A stretch of 44,343 nt of DNA, from the IMG/VR virus record IMGVR_UViG_3300043473_000203, positions 1 through 44,343 of that record; one strand, 5' to 3'. The notes beneath the pieces are model-generated. The model had not been told where the DNA came from. It worked only from the letters and a program-made list of their open reading frames with translations, and did no database searches. The DNA comes from a virus. Taxonomy: Duplodnaviria > Caudoviricetes. A program made the translations under genes and the position numbers. This document shows, piece after piece, positions 33,128 to 44,073 of the stretch. The stretch's first letter is position 1, and the number at the start of each line of letters is the position of its first letter.

Positions 33128-36100
33128 GCAGCCACACCGCCTACCCGCAGTTCCAGCACTACGGCACCCGCGCCGAGCGGCTGGCGTTTCTGCCGCAGCC
33201 GCCGTCCGGGGTGCGCGTCATCTACCAGTGGCGCGAGACGGACACGGGCGAGACGTGGATTTTCGATACCGCGTGGCACCAACAGGCCGCGAATGGCGCT
33301 CCGGGGCCGGAAGGGCCTCAGGGTCCGCCGGGGCCGACTGGTCCGCCCGGGAGCGGCACGACGTTGCCGACCGCCGAGATAGGACAGGTGCTCATCTCGC
33401 AAGGCGAGGACGAGCAGCCCGTCTTCTCGGAAACCATCGAAGTCACCGACGCCTACGTCGCTAATAGCGTGGAGGCGGGCAAGCTCATCGCGTCCTTCGG
33501 CACGCTGCCTAGTGTCCCGGGAGGCCTCCCGGTGTTCGACAACAGCAAGCTGGAAGGCGCGCTGGTCAACATCAACGATAGCGCCGTCGCCACGCCGGGA
33601 GCGGTGGTGGTCGGTGGCGGCACGCACCGGGTTCTGGCTCGCTTCGACGGTGTGAACTGGATTGTCGTCGGCGGCGAAGCGGGCGCCGGGGCTGGTGCTG
33701 CACTGCCGACTGCGGCTCTCGGCAAGGCGCTCATTTCGCAGGGCGACGGCGTGCCGCCTGTGTTCAGCGAGTCGGTGCTACTGGAGGGGCCAAGCAACGC
33801 GCTGACGCTGCGGGGACAGCCCGACCGTGGTGTGCGGCTTCACGCGCATCAGTTCAACGGAGCCTTGTATATCGGGAGCGTGCTCCAGCCTACGGCTCCA
33901 GAGCTTCTGGTGCAACCCGGCCTCTACGCTGGACGCCCGTATGTGCAGGTGTCTCCCACCTTACCGGGAGTCTTGTTTCTTGCGTCGTTGGTGGACCCGG
34001 CCAGCGGGATACGGCTTGCGCTGCAAGGTAGCGGTGTCGTCCCGATACAGCTCGGACGTACGCTGGACGAAACAGTCGCGATAGCCGCCGCGTCCGGTGC
34101 TCGCGTCGAAGTCTGGCCTGCGACTGGACAAGTAGACCCGGTGCTCGCGGCCGTCGTGCCAGGAGGGGCGAGTCGGACGTGGTGGGTGATGCCCGACGGG
34201 AAGATGTTCTTCGTTCCCGGCGCAGGCATCGACGCGAGCGCCATCATCAGCGGCGTCATCGCGGACGCGTTACTGTCGCCCAACGTGGCGCTCCTTGACC
34301 GGGGCGGTCAGATATTTACCGGGCATCAGACTCTGCGCGGCGGGCTGACCGTCGAGCCCGAGCAGCTACGCGTCAACGCGTGGGCCGTCTTCGAGCAGAT
34401 TGCGTGGTTCGGTAAGCTCACGAACCCTACGCAGTTCGCGGTCTACAACGACGGGGAGTTCGCGTTTCGCGTCGTGCATCACACGACGAGCGGCGATGTC
34501 TACGCCAACCTCTTCGACTTCTACCTTGATAAAAGTGCGCGGTCCTACGGTAACCTGACTGTTGACGGGTTCGTGCGCGCCACGGGTGGACTCGACCTCC
34601 CGGAAGGGATTCCGCCCGCCCCGCCCGCCGACACCGCTCGTCTCTACGCGCTCGACGTGAACGGCTTCACCCAAGTCGAGATTGTGGACGACGCCGACAA
34701 CGTGGTGCGGCTCGCCAGCGACAACGTGGTCATCTGCAAGGTGGCCCAAGCGAACCCAGGCGTTCCGCGCGGTGCAGGTGTCTACATCTCTGGCGCGGCT
34801 GGCGCGAATGCGCTGGTCAAGCTCGCCCGCGCCGACGACATCAATACGATGCCCTGCATCGGGCTGGCGCTGGACTCGGGCACGAACAACCAGTTCATCC
34901 GGGTGTTGACGACCGGGACGATGGCGCAGGTGGCGACCGCTGCGTTCCCCGAAGGCGCGTCCCTGTTCGTGTCGCCCACCGTGGCGGGTGGCTTCACGAC
35001 TACGCTGCCGGAAGCTCCCGCCTACGCCCAGCGGGTCGGCTTCGTCACGCGCAGCCACGCGAATCAGGGCGAGATTCTGGTGATGACGACGGGGGTCGCC
35101 GCGCCGCCCCGGCTGCACGCCGAGACACACGCAGCGGGTGGCACCGACCCGGTGGCGGTGACGGCGCTGGCAGGCTATCCAGGCGACACGGCGACCTACC
35201 TGCGAGCGGACGGGACGTTCGCACCCGTCGCTGGCACGCCCGGAGAAGAGGGGCCACAGGGACCGCCGGGACCTCCCGGCGCTGACGGCGCTGACAGCAC
35301 GGTGCCTGGGCCGGAAGGGCCGCAGGGTCTACCGGGAGAAGACGGCGAGGATGGCGCACCGGGAGCGGAAGGGCCACCGGGTCCGAAGGGGGACAAGGGG
35401 GACACTGGAAACACTGGAGCGCCTGGGACGCCCGCTGACCAGACTGCCACTTACCTGACGCAAGCCGCCGAGCGCGCCAAGCTGCCGGGGTCGTTCCGCT
35501 TGACGGCGGGCGCTGGCGTAGCGCTCACGCCGAGCGGTGCGGACCTACAGGTCAGTGCGACGGGCGCCGCTGCGGCACATCACGCGACCCATGAACCGGG
35601 CGGGACGGACGCGCTCGTCAACAGCGTGTGGACGAACGTCGCCAACGTCTTCACGAAAGCGTTCGCGTCGTTCGCGCACGCGATTCAGGTGAAGGCCGCG
35701 CTTCCGCTGGTGTCGATGCTGGAGGAGGCGGCACCGCCAAATAGCCGGTTGTGGCGCATTTTCGCGAACGCATCGTCCCTGTTTATTCAGGCGACCAACG
35801 ACGACGACGCGTCCGCTACTGGCAACGTATCGATGAGTCGAACAGGCGTGCTGTCTGTTCCTGCAGGACTCGGTGCGACCCCACTGAACGCAAGCCAGCT
35901 GACGAGCGGTGCCGTGCCGGATGCGCGGCTGTCTGCGAACGTGGCGCTCAAGAGTCCCGCGAATATCTTTGAAGGGGAACACGTTTTCCAAGGTCATGGC
36001 ACCGGGGGAATCGTGGTGACCGAATTGGACTCTGGGGCCAGTTTCCGGTTAATCAGCTACGCCAACGCGTTCTACGTCTATGACAATGCTGTTGGCGGTT

Positions 36101-36927
36101 TGCTGACGGTTGACCGGACGACAGGCAATCTCGGTATTCGCGGGACGATGATTAGTGGAAGCGTCCCCGATGCGCGGCTCTCCGCGAACGTGGCGCTGCG
36201 GAACGTTGACAACAGCTTCGTCGCGCAGACGCTGGCGACTGGAACGACCGTTCGTGGCGCCAACACGTTGTTCGCCTTAATCGCAGACGCTGCAGCTGCG
36301 GACGCGAAGGTGTCGCGAATTTTGAATTACGGGGACGGGCTCCTGCGGATAGAGCTCCTGAACGACGCGATGACTGTCATTCAGGCGGCCTACTATTTTC
36401 AACGGGATGGCAGGTTCACGGCGGCAGCAGCCACGATTGGTGGGTTGAACATCGCGACCAATGGTGTCCAGTTCCCGGTCACGACCGCGAATCCAAGTGC
36501 TGACCCCAAGACGTTAGACGACTATCGCGAAGAGGTATGGTATCCGCGCATCGAGGGCGGCTCCGGTGCGTCAGGTCAGGTTTACGGATTCCAGCAAGGG
36601 TTATGCGTCAAGGTGGGGGGCCTCGTGACATTCAACGGGGCCGTGAACCTGACGAATAAAGGCGCGATGAGCGGTGGGCTTCGTCTTGCGGGGTTCCCGT
36701 TCGAGCATTCAGGCAGAGTCAACAGCGGCGCTCCGGTGGGCTATTTCGCTGGGCTCACCGTTGCGGCCGGGTCGATGAGTGTCATCTTTGCGCCAGGGCA
36801 GAGTTACGCGAGTCTCTACTACACACCGGCTGGTGCTGGCAATATGACAACGCTCGACCAGAGTCAGATTGCGGTCAACGGCTTCACCCTCTACTTCAAC
36901 TTCTCGTTCCCCGTCAACGGAGTGTAG
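33124..36927 (+). CDS. long mosaic tail fibre
   Basis: QHYGT.AER adaptor, collagen runs, H..TH..GGTD motifs, [10 protein letters not shown] repeats, C-terminal LDDY.E..W.P...VKVG..V tip domain. Confidence 0.85.
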   Translation: MSSHTAYPQFQHYGTRAERLAFLPQPPSGVRVIYQWRETDTGETWIFDTAWHQQAANGAPGPEGPQGPPGPTGPPGSGTTLPTAEIGQVLISQGEDEQPVFSETIEVTDAYVANSVEAGKLIASFGTLPSVPGGLPVFDNSKLEGALVNINDSAVATPGAVVVGGGTHRVLARFDGVNWIVVGGEAGAGAGAALPTAALGKALISQGDGVPPVFSESVLLEGPSNALTLRGQPDRGVRLHAHQFNGALYIGSVLQPTAPELLVQPGLYAGRPYVQVSPTLPGVLFLASLVDPASGIRLALQGSGVVPIQLGRTLDETVAIAAASGARVEVWPATGQVDPVLAAVVPGGASRTWWVMPDGKMFFVPGAGIDASAIISGVIADALLSPNVALLDRGGQIFTGHQTLRGGLTVEPEQLRVNAWAVFEQIAWFGKLTNPTQFAVYNDGEFAFRVVHHTTSGDVYANLFDFYLDKSARSYGNLTVDGFVRATGGLDLPEGIPPAPPADTARLYALDVNGFTQVEIVDDADNVVRLASDNVVICKVAQANPGVPRGAGVYISGAAGANALVKLARADDINTMPCIGLALDSGTNNQFIRVLTTGTMAQVATAAFPEGASLFVSPTVAGGFTTTLPEAPAYAQRVGFVTRSHANQGEILVMTTGVAAPPRLHAETHAAGGTDPVAVTALAGYPGDTATYLRADGTFAPVAGTPGEEGPQGPPGPPGADGADSTVPGPEGPQGLPGEDGEDGAPGAEGPPGPKGDKGDTGNTGAPGTPADQTATYLTQAAERAKLPGSFRLTAGAGVALTPSGADLQVSATGAAAAHHATHEPGGTDALVNSVWTNVANVFTKAFASFAHAIQVKAALPLVSMLEEAAPPNSRLWRIFANASSLFIQATNDDDASATGNVSMSRTGVLSVPAGLGATPLNASQLTSGAVPDARLSANVALKSPANIFEGEHVFQGHGTGGIVVTELDSGASFRLISYANAFYVYDNAVGGLLTVDRTTGNLGIRGTMISGSVPDARLSANVALRNVDNSFVAQTLATGTTVRGANTLFALIADAAAADAKVSRILNYGDGLLRIELLNDAMTVIQAAYYFQRDGRFTAAAATIGGLNIATNGVQFPVTTANPSADPKTLDDYREEVWYPRIEGGSGASGQVYGFQQGLCVKVGGLVTFNGAVNLTNKGAMSGGLRLAGFPFEHSGRVNSGAPVGYFAGLTVAAGSMSVIFAPGQSYASLYYTPAGAGNMTTLDQSQIAVNGFTLYFNFSFPVNGV

Positions 36928-36929
36928 CG

Positions 36930-37202
36930 ATGGCGATTGTGCAAGCCGGAAAGCAGTTCTCGAACATCCAGTTGAAGGACGCCGCCGGGGCGACCGCGAC
37001 CGCCATCCGCGACAGCATCCAGAACGGCATGGACCTGAAGGTCCAGCTGGAGTCCTGGCCCGATGCGGACCTGATAGAGCTGGGGCTGACGCAGCCGGAA
37101 ATCGACGCCATGAAGGGCTTCTTCGTGGGGGACCTCCCGGCACTCGCGACGCAGCTACAGGCTTCGACGTGGTTGAAGCAGCTCTTGGGGTTAGGCGTCT
37201 AA
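36930..37202 (+). CDS. hypothetical protein (possible fibre chaperone)
   Basis: GGAG SD; follows the fibre gene. Confidence 0.6.
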   Translation: MAIVQAGKQFSNIQLKDAAGATATAIRDSIQNGMDLKVQLESWPDADLIELGLTQPEIDAMKGFFVGDLPALATQLQASTWLKQLLGLGV

Positions 37203-37204
37203 CC

Positions 37205-37384
37205 ATGGTCCGCGAGGCGCCGACCCGACGTCCGGAGCGGCCGCCGCGTGCGCCGCGCCCGGCGTCGCATCCGGCGGCGTCGGTGCTGGTGGCGTTCGAC
37301 CACGAAAACCGGCTGCGGGTCCTGGAAGGCCAACCGCCGTTGGAGCTGTTCGAGTTTCTGCGTCAGACCCGGTTGGGGGTGTAG
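37205..37384 (+). CDS. small protein (FDHENRLRVLEG)
   Basis: ATG 37205; fills the gap exactly. Confidence 0.55.
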   Translation: MVREAPTRRPERPPRAPRPASHPAASVLVAFDHENRLRVLEGQPPLELFEFLRQTRLGV

Positions 37385-37834
37385 ATGGTGCGCGAGGCGA
37401 CGCTGGACGACGTACCGCAGCTGGTGGAGATGGGCGTGCGGTTCGTGACGGAGACGTCCTATATCTCGCACATGCGTGTGTGTCGCGAGCGCATCGAGTC
37501 CAGCGCGGCTCGGCTGGTAACGGGCCCTGACAGCGTCGTCTACGTGCATGAACGCAACGGGAAGCTCAACGGGATGATTGGCATGATGAGCCTTCCGCAC
37601 CTGTGGGACGGTGACCTGTTGGCGGCGGAGATGGCGTGGTGGGTCGAGCCCGAGGCGCGCACCGGGCTTGCGGGTGTGCGGTTGCTGCGCGCAGCGGAAC
37701 GGTGGGCGTTCTTCATCGGGGCGACGCGCCTCGTGCTGGTGGCGCCCAACGACCGGGTGGAAGCGTTCTACGTTCGCGCCGGGTACGAGAAGGTCGAGAC
37801 GTCGTATCAGAAGGTCTTGAGGAGGGCAGCGTAA
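37385..37834 (+). CDS. GNAT acetyltransferase-like protein preceding the ejection genes
   Basis: VREATLDD, WWVEPEAR...G.RLL..AE.WA, FY.RAGY. Confidence 0.85.
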   Translation: MVREATLDDVPQLVEMGVRFVTETSYISHMRVCRERIESSAARLVTGPDSVVYVHERNGKLNGMIGMMSLPHLWDGDLLAAEMAWWVEPEARTGLAGVRLLRAAERWAFFIGATRLVLVAPNDRVEAFYVRAGYEKVETSYQKVLRRAA

Positions 37835-38491
37835 ATGGCCGCAATTAGCACGGGCGCACTTATCGCCATCTCGGCTATCAGCGCTGGCACCAAAGTCACC
37901 AGCGCCTACATGCAGAGCCGGGCGAACAACAAGGCAATCGAGGCGCAGGAGAAGGCGTCCAAGGAGGCGCTGGCCTTTGAGCAGAAGCAGTTGGAGCAGT
38001 CCAGGGCCGACGCCCAGCCGTTCCGGGACTACACGCTCGCGCAGCTGGGCCTGGGCGGTGCAGGTGGTACCGGCGCGACGGCGACGGGTACGCCGGTCGG
38101 CGCCGGGGTGCGGTTCACGGGGCCGACGCCCGACATGATGCGGACCATGTTTCCGAAGGAACGGGCGGTGCCCGGTCTGACGCGCGACGCGCGCGGTGGG
38201 CGCATCGGGCCGCCGATTCCGTCGTACACCGTGGCGCAGCTGTCTGGGCGTGACCCGGCCTACTCGAACTACGCCGGAGCGCCGCCGGTCGCGCAAACGC
38301 CCGGCACGCCAGTCGGGCAGGAGCCTGGGACCCCTGGTGCGCTGCCCGGAGACGTGCCGCTCAGCGCGATGACCGCCCCGAACGACAACTACGACGAGGG
38401 CTACAACACGCCCTACAACGAGCCGTCGAACATCGTGCCGCCGCTCTACTACGTCGGCGCGCCGCCGCCGCCACCCGCGCCGACCGCGTAA
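37835..38491 (+). CDS. DNA ejection (pilot) protein, gp7-like N-terminal part
   Basis: Hydrophobic Ala/Gly N-terminus, then KA.EAQ...EQ.RAD.QPFR. Confidence 0.7.
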   Translation: MAAISTGALIAISAISAGTKVTSAYMQSRANNKAIEAQEKASKEALAFEQKQLEQSRADAQPFRDYTLAQLGLGGAGGTGATATGTPVGAGVRFTGPTPDMMRTMFPKERAVPGLTRDARGGRIGPPIPSYTVAQLSGRDPAYSNYAGAPPVAQTPGTPVGQEPGTPGALPGDVPLSAMTAPNDNYDEGYNTPYNEPSNIVPPLYYVGAPPPPPAPTA

Positions 38492-38517
38492 CCGCTGCTG
38501 ACGAGAAGGACATACCG

Positions 38518-39777
38518 ATGCCGACCCTGACCGAAATCATCAATTCCTATAACCCGGACGCGAACCCGGATATGCCCTACGTCCAGGGTGGGGATACGGG
38601 CGGCTGGCTCGACGGGGTCGGGGAGACACTTGGCCCTGGGAGCAGCATCACGAAGGCCCAGGCGCAGAACTACTACAACGACGCCCTGAAGCAATTCAGC
38701 AAGGGCGACGTGGACGACTTCCTGGCGCGCAACAAGAACGACTACAACCGCATCGTGGAGGCGCTCAAGTCCGAGTGGGGCGGCGCGGGCGCGGGTCTGT
38801 CGCGCGAGCAGAGCGGCCAGATGCAGTCGCAGGGCTACAGCTTTACGGACAGCCCTGGGATGACCTGGACGAGCCCGACCGGGAAGGTCGGCACGTCGTA
38901 CAACACCAGCGAGTCCGGCGTGCCGTTCAGAGCTGGGGCTGGGGCGAACATTCCACAGGGCTGGTGGAACGAGGGCGGCAGCGGCAGTGGCGGTGGTGGT
39001 GGTGGGGGCAGCGACGTCGCCCGGATGTACGGCAGCAGCGGCGCGTACAGCAGCGTGCCCGGGAGCAGCAGCGGCTACGAGAGCGGCGTGGCGGCGCAGA
39101 ACGCGCTCCTGGGCGACTTCGGGAACACGCCCGACTGGATGCGGCCGTTCACGGAGCAGTTCGAGGCTCCGACCGAGGAAGAGGCGCGGCTGGACCCTGG
39201 GTGGGAGTTCCGGCTGGCCGAGGGCGAGAAAGCGCGCCAGCGCGCGGCGGCCGCCAAGGGCACGTTGCTGACCGGCGGCACGGCGAAGGCGCTCGAACGC
39301 TACGCCCAGGACTACAGCAGCGAGGAGTACGACAAGGTCTACGGCCGCGACCTGGACGAGTACATGAAGCGCTACGGCATCTTCCGGACGAACGAAGCCG
39401 ACCGCTTCAATTCGCAGAGCCAGAACCGCGCCGCGAACCTGGGTATCTACAACTCCCAGTGGGACCAGGGCCGCACCGAGCGGATGGACGACTACGGGAT
39501 GTGGCACGACCAGCAGACGATGACGCTGCAAGAGGCGCAGCTGCAGCAGAACATGGAGCGGATGCGGCTGGAAATCGCGGCCCGTCTGGGCTCGGCGGCG
39601 ACGGCGAGCAACATCTCGAACATCATGCGGGAAATCGGCCAAATCAAGGCCGCAGGCGGCGTCGTGTCGGCGGACATCTGGTCGAGGCTCGTGGGTAGCT
39701 ACGGGCTGGACATCGCCACCATCATTCGGGACTACGCCGGGTCCGGCGGTTCTGGTGACGACGGCGACGTGACCTAG
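38518..39777 (+). CDS. DNA ejection protein, gp7-like C-terminal part
   Basis: DPGWEFRLAEG.KA.QRAAAAKG.LL.GGT.KAL.RYAQDY.SEEY motif; own AAGGA SD. Confidence 0.75.
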   Translation: MPTLTEIINSYNPDANPDMPYVQGGDTGGWLDGVGETLGPGSSITKAQAQNYYNDALKQFSKGDVDDFLARNKNDYNRIVEALKSEWGGAGAGLSREQSGQMQSQGYSFTDSPGMTWTSPTGKVGTSYNTSESGVPFRAGAGANIPQGWWNEGGSGSGGGGGGGSDVARMYGSSGAYSSVPGSSSGYESGVAAQNALLGDFGNTPDWMRPFTEQFEAPTEEEARLDPGWEFRLAEGEKARQRAAAAKGTLLTGGTAKALERYAQDYSSEEYDKVYGRDLDEYMKRYGIFRTNEADRFNSQSQNRAANLGIYNSQWDQGRTERMDDYGMWHDQQTMTLQEAQLQQNMERMRLEIAARLGSAATASNISNIMREIGQIKAAGGVVSADIWSRLVGSYGLDIATIIRDYAGSGGSGDDGDVT

Positions 39778-39797
39778 TTGAGGGAGAGAACGACGTC

Positions 39798-41360
39798 ATG
39801 GCATACACGGACTTTTCGATTCCCTCGCTGGCGCTGATGTCGAACGGGGCGGACGCGCAGCTGGACAACGCGCTAAGCGTGAGCACTCTCCTGCGCGGCC
39901 ACGAACAGCAGCTCGCCGCGAAAGAGGCGGCGAAGCAGAAGGCTGAAGACGACAGACTCAAGCGTCAGGATGACGAGCTGCGCCGCCAGGATGCGGCGCA
40001 GGTGCGTACCGACTCGGCGGCCGCCCGCGCCGAGAAAATCAGGGCTGCAAAGCTAGAGCAGGACGTCATCAACGCGCTCAATCAACCTGGACCGGATGGG
40101 GCCCCGAATCGGAGCCCTCAGGCTGTCAAGAACATCATCATGGCCTATCCGGGTTCCGAGGCGATTGTTGAGCGCCACCTCCGTGGTGGGATAGCTGCTC
40201 AGAAGGCCGCTATCGAGACGCAGCGCGGCATGGTGGAGGCCGTGACGAACGAATTGGTCCCAGTGCTGTCTATTAAGGACCCTGTTCAGCAGCAGGCGGA
40301 GTGGGACAAGCTTCGCGCGGAGGCTATCAAAAATGGGCTTGTTCAGAACGAAGCTGTCATTCCTGTGAAGGTGGACCGCGACTGGATTATCAGCAAGCTC
40401 CGGTCGTTCGAGGGCACGAAAGCTCATCTGGATGCGCTGGAAAAGGAGCTAGAGGCCGACGAGAAGAAGAAGAACCCGTCCGTGGGTGACCTCGACAAGT
40501 GGCGCACCGCGATTGCGACGGAGATGGGCCACGCCAGGACCCCGGAGGACTGGGCGCGCGGCCGCGACGCGCTCTTGAAGATGCCGGGCTTCCCGGACAG
40601 CATGCGCGGGGTCATCGACGTACCGTTCAGTTCTGGCGCGGCTGAGAACTTCCTCACGAAGGGGTTGTCGCCCAACGAGTACTTCGCGCACAAGGACCGC
40701 GAGGCGGCGGCGCGCCGGGCGGCGGCCGGTGGCGGCGCGAAGGGTCGGAACGTGACCTCTGGGGACGCTGGCCGTCTCACGGAATTCGACTCGGCGTTGA
40801 GTGACGCCAGCGTGATTGACGAGATGCTGGCCGATAACCCGGAGGGCACCGGCTGGGTGCCTGGAACGGTCGTGAACACGCCCGGCTGGGTGACGCAGTT
40901 CACGGGGCTCGGGGAACAGGAGAAGGCGCGGCAGGCCACGATTGACCGCGTGAAGCAGGCCATCGGCAAGACGTTGGAGGGCGGCGTGCTCCGGAAGGAG
41001 GACGAGGTCAAGTACACCAAGATTCTGCCGACGATGTCCGACCAGCCCGAGATTGCGCTGGCGAAGATGCGCGGCCTGCGGGCGGCGCTAGAAGGCAAGC
41101 GCAGCGACTTCATGGCGAACCTGGAAGACGCCGGGTACGACGTGTCGCGGTTCCGCGCGCGTGACGAGCAGCGCAAAGCGACCGAAGCGGCGGCGGTTGA
41201 GGCGAAGCGGAAAGACAGAGCCGGTGAGGTGAACCCGAACGATGACCCACCGGAGGCGGTGAAGCGCCAGCTGAATCGAGCGCCTGCGGGCTCGATACGT
41301 GGAGATGGAACCCGTGGGTGGGTCAAGACGCCTTCTGGCGCGTATCGCCGGGTGAAATAG
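39798..41360 (+). CDS. DNA ejection protein (gp20 position)
   Basis: Helical, charged; synteny. Confidence 0.65.
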   Translation: MAYTDFSIPSLALMSNGADAQLDNALSVSTLLRGHEQQLAAKEAAKQKAEDDRLKRQDDELRRQDAAQVRTDSAAARAEKIRAAKLEQDVINALNQPGPDGAPNRSPQAVKNIIMAYPGSEAIVERHLRGGIAAQKAAIETQRGMVEAVTNELVPVLSIKDPVQQQAEWDKLRAEAIKNGLVQNEAVIPVKVDRDWIISKLRSFEGTKAHLDALEKELEADEKKKNPSVGDLDKWRTAIATEMGHARTPEDWARGRDALLKMPGFPDSMRGVIDVPFSSGAAENFLTKGLSPNEYFAHKDREAAARRAAAGGGAKGRNVTSGDAGRLTEFDSALSDASVIDEMLADNPEGTGWVPGTVVNTPGWVTQFTGLGEQEKARQATIDRVKQAIGKTLEGGVLRKEDEVKYTKILPTMSDQPEIALAKMRGLRAALEGKRSDFMANLEDAGYDVSRFRARDEQRKATEAAAVEAKRKDRAGEVNPNDDPPEAVKRQLNRAPAGSIRGDGTRGWVKTPSGAYRRVK

Positions 41361-41361
41361 C

Positions 41362-44064
41362 ATGCCGTCCCAGTTCAACCTGACGATTCCGTCGTCGCCC
41401 GGCTCGGCGCCGCCGGACTTCTCGATGTCGAGCCTGCTCGGTGGGGGCGAGGAGCCGCCCCCGCAGCAGTCGCAGGCTCCGGCCGCCGGTCCGCCACCGG
41501 ACGAGATGCGGGACGAGGACGTCGTGGACATGGGGACCTACGATGGGCCTCCGTTGGACGACGCGCCTGCACCGCGCAACGCCGCCGTGCAGACGCTGGC
41601 GGACGTGACGGATGCCACGGCGCGGGGGCTTTACGACTTCGGTGCGGGCCTCTGGTCCACGGTGAACCCGGTGCCGCTGGTGATGGAGATTGCGCGGAGC
41701 TCGCAGGCGGACTGGGCCGAATTCGAGAAGTCCGCCCAGGCGGGTGACTACCCGACCGCGATGACGCACCTACTGCGTTCGCTGCCGCTCGCGCAGGCCG
41801 CGAAGATTGCGGGCGCGATTGGGCAGAAGCACATCGACACCCTGCGGCAGGCGCGCGAGGAGTGGAAGAAGGGCAACACGTCCGAGGCCTTCGGGTATGC
41901 GGCCGCGTCGGTGCTGCCGCTCATCGGGCCCGCTGCAGCGGTGACGGGCAAGCGTCTGGGCGACGGCGAAATCAGCTTCATGCGCGCGTTCGGAGAGGGC
42001 GCCGGGCTGGTGTTGCCGATTGCGTTGAAGGGGATTCAGGCCCCGGCCGTGGCGGGGCAGATAGCGCGGGCGAAGCAGCTGGGCGCCGGGATTCCTGGCG
42101 TGGTCAAGGCGGCGGTGCCGCTGTCCGCTAACGCGGCTGAGCGGGCGGCGGTGGCCGCGTTCGCGGACGCCAACGACATCGCGCTGAAGCCCGGCGAGCG
42201 CACGGGCAACCCGGTCATGCAAGGCATCGAGCAGCTCAACGAGAACACGTCGATGCTCGGCTCCATGGTGGGCACGATGAGTCGAGCTCAGCGTGCGACC
42301 AAGATGCAGGAGGCCGGAAAGCGGATAGGCGACCAGATTGCCCCTCTCGAAACGCCCCAGAGCGCGGGCGAGGCGGCCGGGCAGGCGATGGCGGCGGTGG
42401 ACGTGAAGATTGGCGAGAAGTACCGCAAGGTCGGAGAGTCTATCGCCTCGCGCGTGGACCCGTTGTCGAAGACGGCGCTGCAAGCGGGCACGGACGTCTA
42501 CGGGAAATTCAAGACCAAGCTGGAAGAGCTGGCGACGGTCCAGGATGAGAACTACGAGGCGTGGCGGGAGGGTATCAATGACCCGAAGTTCACGACCGAA
42601 GTGGTGGTCGGGTACGAGACGGGCACGATGCCGACGAGCCCTGGCTTCAGCAACTTGGCTCCGGCGACCGCGCGCGTCCCAATCACCGAGGCGGTGCAGC
42701 TACCGGTGTTTCTACAGAAGTCGAAGCGCCAGCTGACGGACGTCTACAAGTCCATCCTGGGCGACCCGCGCTGGACGCTCCCGCGTCGGCAAAACTCCCC
42801 GGCGTTCTCGGCTATCGAGCAGCTCGTGAACGGCCCTGACGTGGTCGGTATCGAGCACGCCGAGCAGATGCTGGGCGCGGTGAAGGAGCTGGCGCGCGAA
42901 CACGGCGGCACGGCGAAGCGTGCGGTGCGCGAGCTGCAGCACGCCGTGGACTACACGATGAAGCAGGCCGACCCAAAGCTCTTCGAGGCGCTGGAGAAGG
43001 GCCGGGCGGCGACGAAGGCGTATCACGCCGCTGCGGAAGTCCTGGCCCAGATAAAGGGGCAGGCGACCCGGGCGAGGCATCCCGAGACGGGCCAGCCGGT
43101 CGTGACTATTACGGGCGAGGCGGCCAAACTACCCGAGCATCTGCTCGGGAAAGCGGACCAGACGCTGGAGCTGCTTCAGAGCGTGCTGAAGGAGACGCCG
43201 GAGGCCGCGCCCATCATCGGGCGGTGGTATCTGGATGACCTGTTTACCCCGGCCCTGGACGGCGGCTTCGACTTCCGGCGGGTGAACGATATGGCCCGGA
43301 AGTGGAACAATCTCGGCGTTGAATCAAAGCGGCTGCTCTACAAGGACCCGGGCACGTTGCGGCAGGTCGAGCTGCTGTTCACGCAGGCCCGGAAGGCGTC
43401 CGAGAAGGGGTTCGGTGACACGAACCCGTCGGCGGTGAAGGGCTTCGACGCGCTCGTGTTGCCGCGCGACACCGGCATTGAGCGACTGCAGGCGGTATCG
43501 AAGGTCGCCAAGGACGTGCCCGCCAAAATCGGTCGCGCATGGCTGGAGCAGGCGCTGACGAAGATGGGCGAGAAGGGCTTCGACATCCAGCACGGGCAGC
43601 GGCTCTTCACGAGCTGGAACGCGATGGGGCCGAAGACGAAGGCGATGCTGTTCGGCTCGAACGTGGAGAACCTGGACGCGTTCTTCCGGTTGGCGTCTGA
43701 TGCGTCCTACCACGCGAATCCGAGCAAGACCGCGTTCATCTCCGGCCTGGGCGTGAAGATTGTGGGCGCGCTGGCGTTGAGTCCGGCGGTGGGCTATTCG
43801 GAGGTGGGTCAGGGCGTGCTAGCGGCCCTGCTGTGGAACCCGAAGTTCTCGAAGGCGCTGGTCGGGGCGATGAAGACCCCGAAGACGGCCCGGGCCGCGA
43901 GCGCGACTGCAGCGGCGCGGGTGATGAACATGATTCGTGACAGCGGGCTGGCGCGCCCGGGTGTGAACGCGGTCGTGCAGGACGACCAGCGCGGACGCGA
44001 AGACGCGGCCGTGGTGGACATGGGCACGTACGAAGAGCCGCCACCGCCAACCCCTGGTCAGTAG
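41362..44064 (+). CDS. large DNA ejection protein (gp16 position)
   Basis: 900 aa helical; L.PGE.TGN, NPSKTA motifs; synteny. Confidence 0.7.
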   Translation: MPSQFNLTIPSSPGSAPPDFSMSSLLGGGEEPPPQQSQAPAAGPPPDEMRDEDVVDMGTYDGPPLDDAPAPRNAAVQTLADVTDATARGLYDFGAGLWSTVNPVPLVMEIARSSQADWAEFEKSAQAGDYPTAMTHLLRSLPLAQAAKIAGAIGQKHIDTLRQAREEWKKGNTSEAFGYAAASVLPLIGPAAAVTGKRLGDGEISFMRAFGEGAGLVLPIALKGIQAPAVAGQIARAKQLGAGIPGVVKAAVPLSANAAERAAVAAFADANDIALKPGERTGNPVMQGIEQLNENTSMLGSMVGTMSRAQRATKMQEAGKRIGDQIAPLETPQSAGEAAGQAMAAVDVKIGEKYRKVGESIASRVDPLSKTALQAGTDVYGKFKTKLEELATVQDENYEAWREGINDPKFTTEVVVGYETGTMPTSPGFSNLAPATARVPITEAVQLPVFLQKSKRQLTDVYKSILGDPRWTLPRRQNSPAFSAIEQLVNGPDVVGIEHAEQMLGAVKELAREHGGTAKRAVRELQHAVDYTMKQADPKLFEALEKGRAATKAYHAAAEVLAQIKGQATRARHPETGQPVVTITGEAAKLPEHLLGKADQTLELLQSVLKETPEAAPIIGRWYLDDLFTPALDGGFDFRRVNDMARKWNNLGVESKRLLYKDPGTLRQVELLFTQARKASEKGFGDTNPSAVKGFDALVLPRDTGIERLQAVSKVAKDVPAKIGRAWLEQALTKMGEKGFDIQHGQRLFTSWNAMGPKTKAMLFGSNVENLDAFFRLASDASYHANPSKTAFISGLGVKIVGALALSPAVGYSEVGQGVLAALLWNPKFSKALVGAMKTPKTARAASATAAARVMNMIRDSGLARPGVNAVVQDDQRGREDAAVVDMGTYEEPPPPTPGQ

Positions 44065-44073
44065 GAGACGCCC

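Noticed and set aside
30375-36927. Diversity-generating retroelement acting on the fibres
   Set aside because: No reverse transcriptase in the window; the duplicated segments are N-terminal and do not differ specifically at adenines.
37385-37834. GNAT as a toxin of a toxin-antitoxin pair
   Set aside because: It lies just before the ejection genes, where podoviruses often carry a GNAT-fold morphogenesis gene, and has no adjacent antitoxin.
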